From Christensenellales bacterium (GTDB lineage: Bacteria; Bacillota; Clostridia; Christensenellales; UBA3700): a stretch of 64,000 bases of DNA. The translations under genes and the position numbers were made by a program. The notes below the pieces were generated by a model, which saw nothing but the letters and a program-made list of their open reading frames with translations, had not been told where the DNA came from and searched no databases. Each line of letters begins with the position of its first letter. The first letter of the stretch is position 1. The stretch is from NCBI GenBank assembly GCA_051883455.1, contig JBJETT010000004.1, positions 38,260 to 102,259 of the forward strand. Reading direction: 5' to 3'. Shown in pieces: positions 54,868 through 64,000 of this stretch.

Positions 54868-56529
54868 ATGCAACATTGCGACAAATATTCAAGGGGTTAT
54901 TTTATGCCACCTACTTGTTGCCGAGATTGGGCAAGCAAGGAATACGTCGACCATGCACCAATATGGTGTAGCGTTGACCTTAGAGACGGCAATCAAGCGT
55001 TGATTGTTCCTATGAGTCTTCAACAAAAGTTGGAGTTCTTCCAATTGCTATGCCGACTAGGATTCAAAGAAATCGAAGTAGGTTTTCCTGCCGCAAGTGA
55101 GACGGAATACGAATTTTTGCGTACTCTTATCGAGCAAAACCTCATACCTGACGACGTCAAGGTACAAGTTCTCACGCAGTCGAGAGAGCATATTATCAAA
55201 AAGACTTTCGAGGCGCTCAGAGGTTGCAAACAAGCTGTCGTACACCTCTACAATTCCACTTCGGTAGCGCAGAGAGAACAAGTCTTCAAAAAGTCCAAGG
55301 AGCAAATTATGGACATTGCCAAATTCGGCGCCGAGCTTTGCAAAAAGTATGCAGCCGAAACCGAGGGCAAATTCTACTTCGAGTATTCTCCCGAGAGCTT
55401 TACGGGTACCGAGATTGACTACGCGTTGGAAGTTTGCAACGCCGTAATCGATATATGGCAACCAACGCCCGACAACAAGGTTATCATCAACCTTCCTGCC
55501 ACGGTGGAGATGAGTATGCCTCACGTATACGCTTCCCAAGTGGAGTATATGTCCAAAAATATCAACAATCGTGACAACGTCATCATCTCGCTTCACCCAC
55601 ACAACGACAGAGGTTGTGCCATTGCGGATAGCGAGCTGGGATTGCTTGCGGGCGGCGACCGTATAGAGGGCACGCTTTTTGGCAACGGAGAGAGGACGGG
55701 CAACGTAGATATCATCACGCTTGCGCTCAATATGTACACCCACGGTATCGACCCGGGACTTGACTTTTCCGACATTCCTTCTATCGTCGAAGTATACGAG
55801 AAGGTTACCAATATGAAGGTCTACGAGCGTCAACCGTACAGTGGAGCGTTGGTCTTTGCCGCATTCTCAGGCTCTCACCAAGACGCCATTGCCAAGGGTA
55901 TGAAGTGGAAAGAAGACAAACACCTCGACAGGTGGAGCGTACCGTATTTGCCTATCGACCCTAAGGACGTGGGCAGAGAGTACGACGGCGACGTAATTCG
56001 TATCAACTCTCAGTCGGGCAAGGGTGGTATAGGCTATCTTATGGAGCACCAATTCGGCTTCAACCTTCCTGTCAATATGAGGGAGGGCTTCGGTTACGCA
56101 GTCAAGAGCGTATCAGACCACGCTCACAAAGAATTGCAACCTGCCGAGATTTTGGAGATTTTCGAGAGCAACTACGTCAATATTTCCGAGCCTTTCAAGA
56201 TTTACGAATATCACTTCGTTCAAAAGGGTGACATACATTCTACCGTTACGGCGGAGTATCAAGGCAAAATAGTAGACGTACAAGCAGACGGCAACGGTCG
56301 TCTTGACGCAGTCAACAACGCAATCAGACCGCTCGTTGGCAAGGACTATATCATCAGCGAATATCACGAGCACGCTTTGACCTCCACGTCCAAGTCGCAA
56401 GCCGTAGCTTACGTATGCTTGCAGTACGGCGAGGGCAACAAGGTGTGGGGTGTAGGTATCCACAACGACATCATTGCGGCGTCGGTGTCGGCGCTCGTCA
56501 GTGCAATCAACAGAATGCTAAAAGATTGA
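54868..56529 (+). CDS. leuA: 2-isopropylmalate synthase, long (LeuA2/actinobacterial-type) form
   Basis: APIWCSVDLRDGNQAL, HPHNDRG, and an N-terminal extension typical of the about 560-aa form. ATG 54868 is 7 nt after AAGGAGG; ATG 54862 is an alternative. Confidence 0.9.
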   Translation: MQHCDKYSRGYFMPPTCCRDWASKEYVDHAPIWCSVDLRDGNQALIVPMSLQQKLEFFQLLCRLGFKEIEVGFPAASETEYEFLRTLIEQNLIPDDVKVQVLTQSREHIIKKTFEALRGCKQAVVHLYNSTSVAQREQVFKKSKEQIMDIAKFGAELCKKYAAETEGKFYFEYSPESFTGTEIDYALEVCNAVIDIWQPTPDNKVIINLPATVEMSMPHVYASQVEYMSKNINNRDNVIISLHPHNDRGCAIADSELGLLAGGDRIEGTLFGNGERTGNVDIITLALNMYTHGIDPGLDFSDIPSIVEVYEKVTNMKVYERQPYSGALVFAAFSGSHQDAIAKGMKWKEDKHLDRWSVPYLPIDPKDVGREYDGDVIRINSQSGKGGIGYLMEHQFGFNLPVNMREGFGYAVKSVSDHAHKELQPAEILEIFESNYVNISEPFKIYEYHFVQKGDIHSTVTAEYQGKIVDVQADGNGRLDAVNNAIRPLVGKDYIISEYHEHALTSTSKSQAVAYVCLQYGEGNKVWGVGIHNDIIAASVSALVSAINRMLKD

Positions 56530-56533
56530 TAAG

Positions 56534-56552
56534 ACGCCCGCAAGGGCGTTTT
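56534..56552 (+). terminator. GNRA-loop hairpin, weak terminator after leuA
   Basis: ACGCCC-GCAA-GGGCGT plus TTTT. Lies only 10 nt before the MATE start codon. Confidence 0.4.
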
Positions 56553-56562
56553 ACATTGGGAT

Positions 56563-58044
56563 ATGAAGGGAGCAACGGCTAGCAAAAAACAAGAGATACT
56601 TCTCACGGGCAATCCTTTTACGGGACTGCTATGGTTTTCTATACCATTTATCATAGGCGACTTTTGTCAGCAGATGTACAACGCCGTGGACAGTATGATT
56701 GTCGGCAACTTTATCGGCGAAAACGCCTTAGCTGCTTTGGGCGTTGCTTCTCCTTTTATGTCCATAATGACTTACCTTCTTATGGGGCTGGCCATGGGTG
56801 CGGGAGTCGTCATAAGTCAGCACTACGGCGCGGGCGAGCACGACCAAATCAAACGCATCAATTCTACCGCGCTTCTCATAGGTTGCATTATTACGCTAGT
56901 ATTATCCGCACTGTTTATCGGTTTGACCAAGCCTTTACTTAAGGCGCTTTCAACGCCCGAGGTATTGATGGTCGATACCTCTCAATATCTCTATATCATC
57001 TTTGGTGGCGGTATATTTTGCTTTCTCTACAACTATTATTGTTACGCACTTAGGAGCATAGGCAAATCCTTGCTTCCGCTGGTATTTTTGCTGATATCGG
57101 TAGCCGTCAACGCCACGCTGGATTTACTCTTCGTAGTGGTGTTCAAGATGGGCGTCAAGGGCGCGGGAATTGCCACGATTGTAGCCCAAGCAGTGTCTGT
57201 TGCCAGCTGTATAATCTACACCGAAAACAAGATAAAACTACTATCGCTCAAACCAAAAGAGCTCGTCATCGACAAGCGTTTTGTGCGACCTGTATTGAGT
57301 TATGGCATAAGTTTTGCCATTCAACAAGTTTACGTTTACGTAGGTAGAATGATGATTCAAAGCGTCGTCAACAAGTACGATACGTCGGTCATAGCGGGTA
57401 TCAACGCTTGCTACAAAGTCGACTCCATTATCCAGACGCCCGTCAGGGGTTATACCAACGCATTCACTACCTATTGCGCTCAAAACTACGGCAACGGCAA
57501 TATCCCTAGGATACGACAAGGCTACAAAGCAACTTGGCTATTTATGTGGGTATATGCATTGGTGAGTTTCGTAGTCGGTTTCTTCCTTGCAAGGCCACTT
57601 GCGGGCATGTTCGTCAACGGCGATGCGGTGGGCGTTATTGACGTAGGTTCGACGGCTATCAAGTACATGGCGGTGGGATATATATTCACCTTCCTCATCT
57701 TTCAATCGCAGGCGCTCTTCAAGGGTATAGGTATGCTCAAGACTTTCTTCTCAGTAACCTTAGTGTCTATAACTTGTAGAGTAGGTTTCAGTTTCCTTTT
57801 CGAGCATCTAATGGGACTCGACGGATTGTATCTAGCCATACCTTCCAGCTGGTTTATGGGCGGAACTTTCGGACTTATCGCCGTCACGATAGTAATGAAA
57901 AAGAAGTTTTCAGCCAAGTCGGTGGCACTTGCAGAGGGTGCTTCAACCGACGATACTGCAGATACGACTGTAGTTAGGAGCGAGGAATTGCAAAAAGGCG
58001 ACGCTCCGACCGACGATACTCAATCGCTCGAAGACAAGCAGTAG
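56563..58044 (+). CDS. MATE-family efflux transporter
   Basis: 12-TM profile. N-terminal IPFIIGDFCQQMYNAVDSMIVGNFIGENALAA is typical of MATE. Confidence 0.85.
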   Translation: MKGATASKKQEILLTGNPFTGLLWFSIPFIIGDFCQQMYNAVDSMIVGNFIGENALAALGVASPFMSIMTYLLMGLAMGAGVVISQHYGAGEHDQIKRINSTALLIGCIITLVLSALFIGLTKPLLKALSTPEVLMVDTSQYLYIIFGGGIFCFLYNYYCYALRSIGKSLLPLVFLLISVAVNATLDLLFVVVFKMGVKGAGIATIVAQAVSVASCIIYTENKIKLLSLKPKELVIDKRFVRPVLSYGISFAIQQVYVYVGRMMIQSVVNKYDTSVIAGINACYKVDSIIQTPVRGYTNAFTTYCAQNYGNGNIPRIRQGYKATWLFMWVYALVSFVVGFFLARPLAGMFVNGDAVGVIDVGSTAIKYMAVGYIFTFLIFQSQALFKGIGMLKTFFSVTLVSITCRVGFSFLFEHLMGLDGLYLAIPSSWFMGGTFGLIAVTIVMKKKFSAKSVALAEGASTDDTADTTVVRSEELQKGDAPTDDTQSLEDKQ

Positions 58045-58152
58045 AGTTTTTTTCGCCTAATTTTCGTTGCATTATTGCCAATACGGCGTTGATATTCTTT
58101 TGACGATTTTAAGCTTTGCTGTCCATACTTTTGCGTTTTTTCTTGACACGCG

Positions 58153-58161
58153 TGGTATAAT
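58153..58161 (+). promoter_or_regulatory. Extended -10 promoter element (TGgTATAAT)
   Basis: TG at 58153-58154 and TATAAT at 58156-58161. No good -35 box. Confidence 0.4.
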
Positions 58162-58193
58162 ATAGACGAGGCAAATACGACGTCGTTGCTACT

Positions 58194-58212
58194 TAGTCTA
58201 GGATAGCTTTAG
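58194..58212 (+). promoter_or_regulatory. Four phased UAG triplets in the aro-operon upstream transcript
   Basis: TAG-tc-TAG-ga-TAG-ctt-TAG, at 58194, 58199, 58204 and 58210. Confidence 0.4.
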
Positions 58213-58361
58213 GACTATTTTGCATTGTCAAGAATTCCTACTGCCATTGCACGATAGACAAATATATCGGCAATATCGGCACGACTATCTTATTTTGGCG
58301 AATAAAAGATAATACCCAAATAAAATAGTCACATACAAGTATTACTATACTCACTAAAAAA

Positions 58362-58385
58362 AGTCCGCAAATTGCGGTCTTTTTG
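58362..58385. terminator. Short terminator-like hairpin
   Basis: A7-GTCCGC-aaatt-GCGGTC-T5. The stem is short, about 4 GC pairs plus 2. Confidence 0.4.
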
Positions 58386-58394
58386 ATTATTTGC

Positions 58395-58423
58395 TTGCAA
58401 CAAGGCATTGTCGGTGGTATAGT
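58395..58423 (+). promoter_or_regulatory. Sigma-A-type promoter proximal to aroB
   Basis: TTGCAA-17 nt (ending TGg)-TATAGT. Confidence 0.55.
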
Positions 58424-58467
58424 ATATATAAATAATATCATCGCACGCCTTTTATAGGGAGATAGCT

Positions 58468-59514
58468 ATGCAAAAAGTATCGGTAAGTTTACCAACCAAC
58501 GGTTACGACATTATTATTCAATCGGGCTTGCTTGCAAGCGCGGGAGAGTATATCCACAGCAAGGGTGGCAAAGTATTCGTGGTCAGCGATTCCAACGTAT
58601 CGGTTTTGTACGGCGACACGTTGATTGCTTCGCTTACTTCTCAAGGCTATAGGTGCAAACTATACGTTGTCAAGGCGGGCGAGAGTAGCAAAAATATTTC
58701 TAGCATCATGCCTATGTATAGCGCGATGATAGAGTTTGGGCTCACTCGTAGCGACCTTGTAGTTGCGCTCGGCGGAGGAGTGGTAGGCGACCTTACGGGC
58801 TTCGTAGCTTCCACCTATCTTAGGGGCGTTGATTTCGTGCAGATACCGACTTCCTTGCTTGCGCAAGTAGACAGCTCGGTAGGTGGCAAGGTAGCCGTCG
58901 ACTTGATTGAGGGCAAAAATCTCGTCGGCAGTTTTTACCAACCCAAAGTCGTACTCATCGACACGCAGTTGCTATCTACTTTGCCCGACAAGTTTTACGT
59001 TGACGGTATGGCTGAGATTATCAAATACGGTTGCATACTCGACCGACAACTCTTTGACACACTTGCTAAGATTAAGAGTAGAGATGAGTTTATGGAGCAA
59101 GCCGAGGAGATAATCGCGCGTTGTTGCGCTATCAAGGCGGGGGTTGTATCGCGTGACGAGAGGGACAACGGGGAGAGAATGCTTCTCAACTTCGGACATA
59201 CTTACGGACACGCTTTGGAGAAGTATTACGATTTTTCTACCTTGACTCACGGACAAGCCGTAGCTATAGGTATGAGCCATATCACCGCTATCAGCGAGGC
59301 AAAGGGTTTGACCAAGCAAGGCACCAAGGAGAGAATAGACCGAGTGCTCACCAATTTCGGACTATCCACCACAGATATTGCCGATCCACGCCAAGTCGTA
59401 AGTTATATATCCAACGACAAAAAGAACCTCGGCAAAGCCCTCGTGGTAGTTATACTACAAGACATAGGCGAGGGCGTATTGTATCGCACCGACAAGGAGT
59501 TTTTCGAGGTATGA
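58468..59514 (+). CDS. aroB: 3-dehydroquinate synthase
   Basis: GGGVVGDLTGF and NFGHTYGHALE motifs; 348 aa. Confidence 0.9.
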   Translation: MQKVSVSLPTNGYDIIIQSGLLASAGEYIHSKGGKVFVVSDSNVSVLYGDTLIASLTSQGYRCKLYVVKAGESSKNISSIMPMYSAMIEFGLTRSDLVVALGGGVVGDLTGFVASTYLRGVDFVQIPTSLLAQVDSSVGGKVAVDLIEGKNLVGSFYQPKVVLIDTQLLSTLPDKFYVDGMAEIIKYGCILDRQLFDTLAKIKSRDEFMEQAEEIIARCCAIKAGVVSRDERDNGERMLLNFGHTYGHALEKYYDFSTLTHGQAVAIGMSHITAISEAKGLTKQGTKERIDRVLTNFGLSTTDIADPRQVVSYISNDKKNLGKALVVVILQDIGEGVLYRTDKEFFEV

Positions 59515-60758
59515 GTAGCGTAATAATCCCTTCCCGCCTCAGTGGCATTGTCAAGATACCGCCTTCTAAGAGTATGGCGCATAGAGCTATTATTTGTGCG
59601 GCGCTCTCAGGTGGCGTTTGCAATATATCCAACGTGCAATTTAGCGCGGACGTGCTAGCTACTATAGGCGCGATGCGTGCGCTCGGGGCGACTATCGAGA
59701 TAGACGGCGATTGTCTTACTATATATCCCGTCGACGCGAGCAAAATTATAGGCGACAAGGTGGTTATAGACTGCAACGAGTCGGGCTCAACGCTAAGATT
59801 CTTGACTATGATAGCCTTGGCGCTCACCGACAAAAAGGTGAGGCTTGTGGGTAGAGGCAAGCTCGGCACCAGACCCATGCAAGCCTTCTACGATATCTTT
59901 GAGGGGCAAGGTATTTCCTATCGTGACGACAGCGCATTGACTGCCGAGCGACTACTCGATTTGCACGTGCAAGGCAGACTAAAGAGCGGAGAATTTTATT
60001 TAAGCGGAGACGTAAGCTCGCAGTTTGTCAGCGGACTACTGTTTGCCACTTCGCTACTAGAGGGTGACAGCGTAATCAACGTCACCACGCCTATGCAGTC
60101 GGTGGGATACGTAGACCTCACTATCAAGGCGATGCGCGACTTCGGAGTCGAGGTAATCAACCACGATTATCGCAAGTTGGTAGTCAAGGGCGGTAGAAGA
60201 TATACGGCAAGGGACTACGTGGTCGAGGGAGATTATTCTCAAAGCGCCTTTTTTGCCGTCGCCAATTTGATAGGCAACAGCGTGAATATTGAGGGACTTG
60301 ACCCCGACAGCCTACAAGGTGACAAGGTGGTATTTGACTTGTGCGAGAGGCTCAAAAATACTAGTGAATTAGAAAAAATTACCATAGACGGCAAGGACTG
60401 TCCCGATATAATACCCGTACTTGCGGTAGGTTGCGCTTTGCGTAAAGGTAAGAGCGAGATAGTCAACCTCGAAAGACTAAAAATCAAAGAGTGCGACAGA
60501 CTATCGGCAACTTACGAAGTTTTGAGCACACTCGGTGCCAAGGTTAGCAAGACGGACAACAGCCTTACTTTTGAGGGTGTGGATAGCTTTAGCGGTGGCT
60601 CGGTTAGCACCTACGGCGACCACAGAATGGCAATGAGTATAGCCATAGCGTCTACGAGAGCAAGAGGCGAGATAACAATAGACGATAGACAATGCGTTGC
60701 AAAATCATACCCTGATTTTTGGGAGGTTTTCGGCAAGTTAGGAGGAAAAATACGATGA
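59511..60758 (+). CDS. aroA: 3-phosphoshikimate 1-carboxyvinyltransferase (EPSP synthase)
   Basis: PPSKSMAHR, NESGSTLRF and DHRMAMS motifs. Confidence 0.9.
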   Translation: MSSVIIPSRLSGIVKIPPSKSMAHRAIICAALSGGVCNISNVQFSADVLATIGAMRALGATIEIDGDCLTIYPVDASKIIGDKVVIDCNESGSTLRFLTMIALALTDKKVRLVGRGKLGTRPMQAFYDIFEGQGISYRDDSALTAERLLDLHVQGRLKSGEFYLSGDVSSQFVSGLLFATSLLEGDSVINVTTPMQSVGYVDLTIKAMRDFGVEVINHDYRKLVVKGGRRYTARDYVVEGDYSQSAFFAVANLIGNSVNIEGLDPDSLQGDKVVFDLCERLKNTSELEKITIDGKDCPDIIPVLAVGCALRKGKSEIVNLERLKIKECDRLSATYEVLSTLGAKVSKTDNSLTFEGVDSFSGGSVSTYGDHRMAMSIAIASTRARGEITIDDRQCVAKSYPDFWEVFGKLGGKIR

Positions 60759-61816
60759 GCGGAATATGGGGAAGAAATATCAAACTCAGTCTTTTTGGAG
60801 AGTCGCACGGCGTTGCGATTGGGGTTACAATTCACAATTTGCCGTCAGGCTTTAGGCTCGATATGGACGAGATTGAGAGAGAGATGGCACGCAGAGCACC
60901 CGGTGGAGAGTTTTCTACCACGCGCAAAGAAGCCGACAAGGTAGAGATTGTCAGCGGAATATTCGAGGACAAGACCACGGGCGCGCCTCTTACGGGCATA
61001 ATCTACAACACCAATACGCGCTCTAAGGACTATCAACCCGATATTCCTCGTCCAAGCCACAGCGACTACGGTTGGTGGGTCAAGACGGGTGGCAACAACG
61101 ACTATAGAGGCGGCGGACACTCGTCGGGTAGAATTACCGCGCCGCTGGTATTTGCGGGCGCGATAGCCAAGCAAATTCTTGCCAAAAAGGGTATATTCGT
61201 AGGCTCTCATATCTTGGCAATCAAAGATGTCTATGACCTTGCATTCGGCATGCAAATCACCGAGTGTATGCTCGACGACCTCACGCATTGCTCATTCCCC
61301 GTACTCGATAACAGAGTGAGAGAGAGTATGCAAAACGAGATAATCTCGGCGCGCAAAGAGGGCGACAGCGTGGGCGGAAAAATACAATGCGCCGTAGTGG
61401 GTATGCCTGCGGGTGTGGGAAGTCCTTTCTTCCACTCACTCGAGAGTGAGCTGTCGTCAATGCTATTTAGCATACCTGCAGTCAAAGCCGTGTCATTCGG
61501 CAACGCCGAGGATATGAGCAAGTCTTACGGCTCTATTGCCAACGACGCTTGGTGCATACAGGAAGGCAAAATATCCACCAAAACCAACAACAACGGCGGA
61601 ATTTTGGGCGGAATTAGCATGGGTATGCCTATAGTATTCGACGTAACTATCAAGCCTACGCCGTCCATCTACAAAGAGCAAGACAGCGTAAGCCTATCCA
61701 AACAAGAAGAATGCAAATTGCAAATCGAAGGTAGACACGATCCTTGCATACTCGTTAGAGCCCTGCCCGTAGTAGAAGCGGCGGCGGCAATCGTGATGCT
61801 AGACGCATTGCAATAA
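60755..61816 (+). CDS. aroC: Chorismate synthase
   Basis: FGESHG, RPSHSDY and GGGHSSGR motifs. Start trimmed to ATG 60755 (ATGA overlap with the aroA stop, GGAGG RBS). Confidence 0.9.
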   Translation: MSGIWGRNIKLSLFGESHGVAIGVTIHNLPSGFRLDMDEIEREMARRAPGGEFSTTRKEADKVEIVSGIFEDKTTGAPLTGIIYNTNTRSKDYQPDIPRPSHSDYGWWVKTGGNNDYRGGGHSSGRITAPLVFAGAIAKQILAKKGIFVGSHILAIKDVYDLAFGMQITECMLDDLTHCSFPVLDNRVRESMQNEIISARKEGDSVGGKIQCAVVGMPAGVGSPFFHSLESELSSMLFSIPAVKAVSFGNAEDMSKSYGSIANDAWCIQEGKISTKTNNNGGILGGISMGMPIVFDVTIKPTPSIYKEQDSVSLSKQEECKLQIEGRHDPCILVRALPVVEAAAAIVMLDALQ

Positions 61817-61905
61817 TTATGCTATCAAACGTTAGGCAATTGTCACGTCTTTGACGATAGAGTTTTAGTCAGTGATATGCTATTGCAAATATAGGTGGAA
61901 GAAAA

Positions 61906-63027
61906 ATGGAACTTGACGAAATAAGAGCAAAAATAGACGGCATCGATGGCGAAATAATCAAACTCTTCGAGGAGAGAATGGCTTGCGCCAAAGAGGTTGC
62001 CGAATATAAGAAAACTCACGACGTACCCGTATTGCAATCGGGTAGAGAGGAACAAGTGATAGCCAAGGCGCAGGACAATATCACCAACCCTGAATTGCGT
62101 AGCTACGCACCCGAACTGATGAACTGCCTTATGGAGCTTAGCAAGGACTACCAAAGGCGTTCGTACACTCAACAAGTCAAGACGACTTTCGTCAGAGAGG
62201 ACTTTGACGTGAGCGCATCCAAGGGCTTTTTCGGAGAGAGGGGTAGCAACACGGAGAGGGCCACGAGAGAATACTTCGGTGGTGGCGACGCTATAAGCTT
62301 TACAAGCTTTGAAGATATATTTGAGGCTGTGAGCAACGGCGAGATTAAGTACGGCGTTTTGCCTATCGAAAACTCGTCCACCGGCGCAATCACCGACGTA
62401 TACGACCTACTTGGCAAATACAACTTGTACGTGGTGGGCGAAAAGTGGCTACGAATAGAGCACAGCCTACTTGCCAAAAAGGGTGCTAAGACGGAGAGTG
62501 TCACCAAGGTATATTCTCACCCTCAAGCGCTTGGACAATGCAAAGAGTTTTTGGCATCTCGCGGAATGCAAACGCACGAGTGCGCCTCTACTTCTTCAGC
62601 GTGTAAGTTGATAGCTCAAGGTAACGACCTAACTTGCGCCGCTCTTGCCGACAAGTCCAACGCCGAGATTTACGGACTAGATATCTTGGAACAAAACGTA
62701 GCGACTTGCAAGGACAACTTTACGAGGTTTGTCGTGATAGCCAAGAATATGCTCAACTGCCAAGCCGACAAGGTCAGCGTGCACTTTGTCATCAAAAACA
62801 AAGTGGGTAGTCTATACAACGCATTGAGAGTATTCGCTCGATACGACGTCAATATGACGATGATAGAGTCGCGCCCTATCAAAAACAACCCCAAAAATTA
62901 CAGCTTTTACGTAGATTTGGAGGGCAACTGCAATCAAAATAACGTAATGCTGGCACTTGAATATTTGCAACAAAATTCCACCGTCTTCAAACTGATAGGC
63001 GAGTATAAGAGCGGAGAAGTAAAATGA
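61906..63027 (+). CDS. pheA: Bifunctional chorismate mutase / prephenate dehydratase
   Basis: N-terminal AroQ-type CM (LDEIRAKIDGIDGEIIKLFEERM), a PDT domain (LPIENSSTGAI; TRF) and an ACT domain (ESRP). Confidence 0.85.
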   Translation: MELDEIRAKIDGIDGEIIKLFEERMACAKEVAEYKKTHDVPVLQSGREEQVIAKAQDNITNPELRSYAPELMNCLMELSKDYQRRSYTQQVKTTFVREDFDVSASKGFFGERGSNTERATREYFGGGDAISFTSFEDIFEAVSNGEIKYGVLPIENSSTGAITDVYDLLGKYNLYVVGEKWLRIEHSLLAKKGAKTESVTKVYSHPQALGQCKEFLASRGMQTHECASTSSACKLIAQGNDLTCAALADKSNAEIYGLDILEQNVATCKDNFTRFVVIAKNMLNCQADKVSVHFVIKNKVGSLYNALRVFARYDVNMTMIESRPIKNNPKNYSFYVDLEGNCNQNNVMLALEYLQQNSTVFKLIGEYKSGEVK

Positions 63028-64000
63028 GATATTGCGTACTTGGCAAAAAGCTTTCGCACAGTCTTTCTCCTACAATTCACGCAGATTACTTTAGAAGATA
63101 CGGCGTGAGCGGTGAGTATTGCAAAAAAGAAGTGAGCGAGGTAGAGTGGGAGCGTATCGGCGAGATTATTCGCGAGTACGACGGACTCAACGTCACCGTG
63201 CCTTACAAAGAAAAGATAATATCCGCCCTTGACGAGATTAGAGGCGACGCCAAAGAGCTTGGCGCAGTCAATACTGTAGTCAAAGAGGGCGATAGATACG
63301 TGGGCTACAATAGCGACACTTACGGCTTCGAGGCGTTGCTTAGATACAACGGCATACAAGTGGGCGGTAAAACTTGCGTAGTGCTGGGCAGTGGCGGAGC
63401 AAGTAAGTCGGTGGTGTTTTGCTTAGAGCAAGCGGGCGCAGATAAGGTGCTAGTCGTATCTCGCACGCCTAGTGATAGTCAAATATCTTATGAAGAACTG
63501 AAATCCGTCAAAGGCTATCTCATAGTCAACACTACCCCCGTGGGTATGAGCCCTAACGTAGGCGCAAGCCCCGTGGATAAGGACGTGTTATCCAACTTCC
63601 AAGTAGCCGTGGACGTGGTGTACAATCCGAGCATGACGGAATTTTTGGCTCAAGCGAGCGAGCAAGGCTTGTACGTTGCCAACGGCCTGTATATGTTGGT
63701 GGCGCAAGCCGTCAAGTCGCAAGAGTATTGGCAAAACATAGAGGTGGACGAGAGTTGGGTGGAACAAGAATACGAGCGACTCAAGATTAACTTCGACGTC
63801 AATAGCGGTAACAATATCTACCTCGTAGGAATGATGGGCTGTGGCAAGACCACGGTAGGCAAGGCTCTATCAAAGGCTATGGGAAGAAAATTCGTCGACA
63901 GCGACAGCGAGATAGAAAAGCAACGTGGCAAGAGCATACCTCAAATATTCGAGAGCGAGGGCGAAGAGGCATTTAGAAAATACGAGAGCGAGGTTCTCGC
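63024..64000 (+). CDS. aroE: Shikimate dehydrogenase fused to shikimate kinase; the 3' end is outside the window
   Basis: My translation from ATG 63024 (ATGA overlap with pheA) gives SLSP..H, NVTVPYK and GSGGASKS (AroE). After about 270 aa it continues in frame into IYLVGMMGCGKTTVGK...DSD (AroK P-loop). Not in the ORF track because it has no stop in the window. Confidence 0.75.
   Translation, partial: MRYCVLGKKLSHSLSPTIHADYFRRYGVSGEYCKKEVSEVEWERIGEIIREYDGLNVTVPYKEKIISALDEIRGDAKELGAVNTVVKEGDRYVGYNSDTYGFEALLRYNGIQVGGKTCVVLGSGGASKSVVFCLEQAGADKVLVVSRTPSDSQISYEELKSVKGYLIVNTTPVGMSPNVGASPVDKDVLSNFQVAVDVVYNPSMTEFLAQASEQGLYVANGLYMLVAQAVKSQEYWQNIEVDESWVEQEYERLKINFDVNSGNNIYLVGMMGCGKTTVGKALSKAMGRKFVDSDSEIEKQRGKSIPQIFESEGEEAFRKYESEVL

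Noticed and set aside
58238-58441. 67-aa hydrophobic minus-strand ORF upstream of aroB
   Set aside because: It has no RBS. It spans both the terminator-like hairpin and the aroB promoter. Its hydrophobicity is explained by AT-rich sequence.

Overview
About 45% GC chromosomal segment from a spore-forming Firmicute, Clostridia-like (spoIIID, spoVG and spoIVA are present). It is densely packed, mostly plus-strand housekeeping DNA. Recognisable genes: split TSUP transporter, TtcA-like PP-loop ATPase, a PAP2/PAP2-like/adenylate-forming enzyme/FGGY-kinase operon, murC, rpmE, DUF1385::prmC fusion, prfA, thrC, trpS, DUF5685 plus an HPD-less J-like protein, arsR, uvrC, hprK, a Crh-like HPr paralog, GTP-type PEP carboxykinase, MMPL transporter, serA-serC, rnj-trmR-U32 peptidase, der, an [FeFe]-hydrogenase, TrpB2, T-box-controlled leuA, a MATE pump, and aroB-aroA-aroC-pheA-aroE::aroK. 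No rRNA, tRNA, CRISPR, transposase or integrase was seen. The parts worth a second look are non-canonical. (1) A mosaic of short structured repeats fills four intergenic regions, including an identical 126-bp palindromic element on both sides of pck, a nested insertion, and compensatory stem changes. (2) Three proteins share Cys-cluster/hydrophobic/Cys-cluster modules; one is divergent from arsR and one is coupled to spoIVA. (3) Phased UAG/GAG triplet clusters plus terminators lie in the leaders of trpB2 and the aro operon, resembling TRAP sites. (4) Several promoters sit 6-7 nt from the ATG, suggesting leaderless mRNAs. All calls come from reading the sequence and ORF translations; no database search was run.
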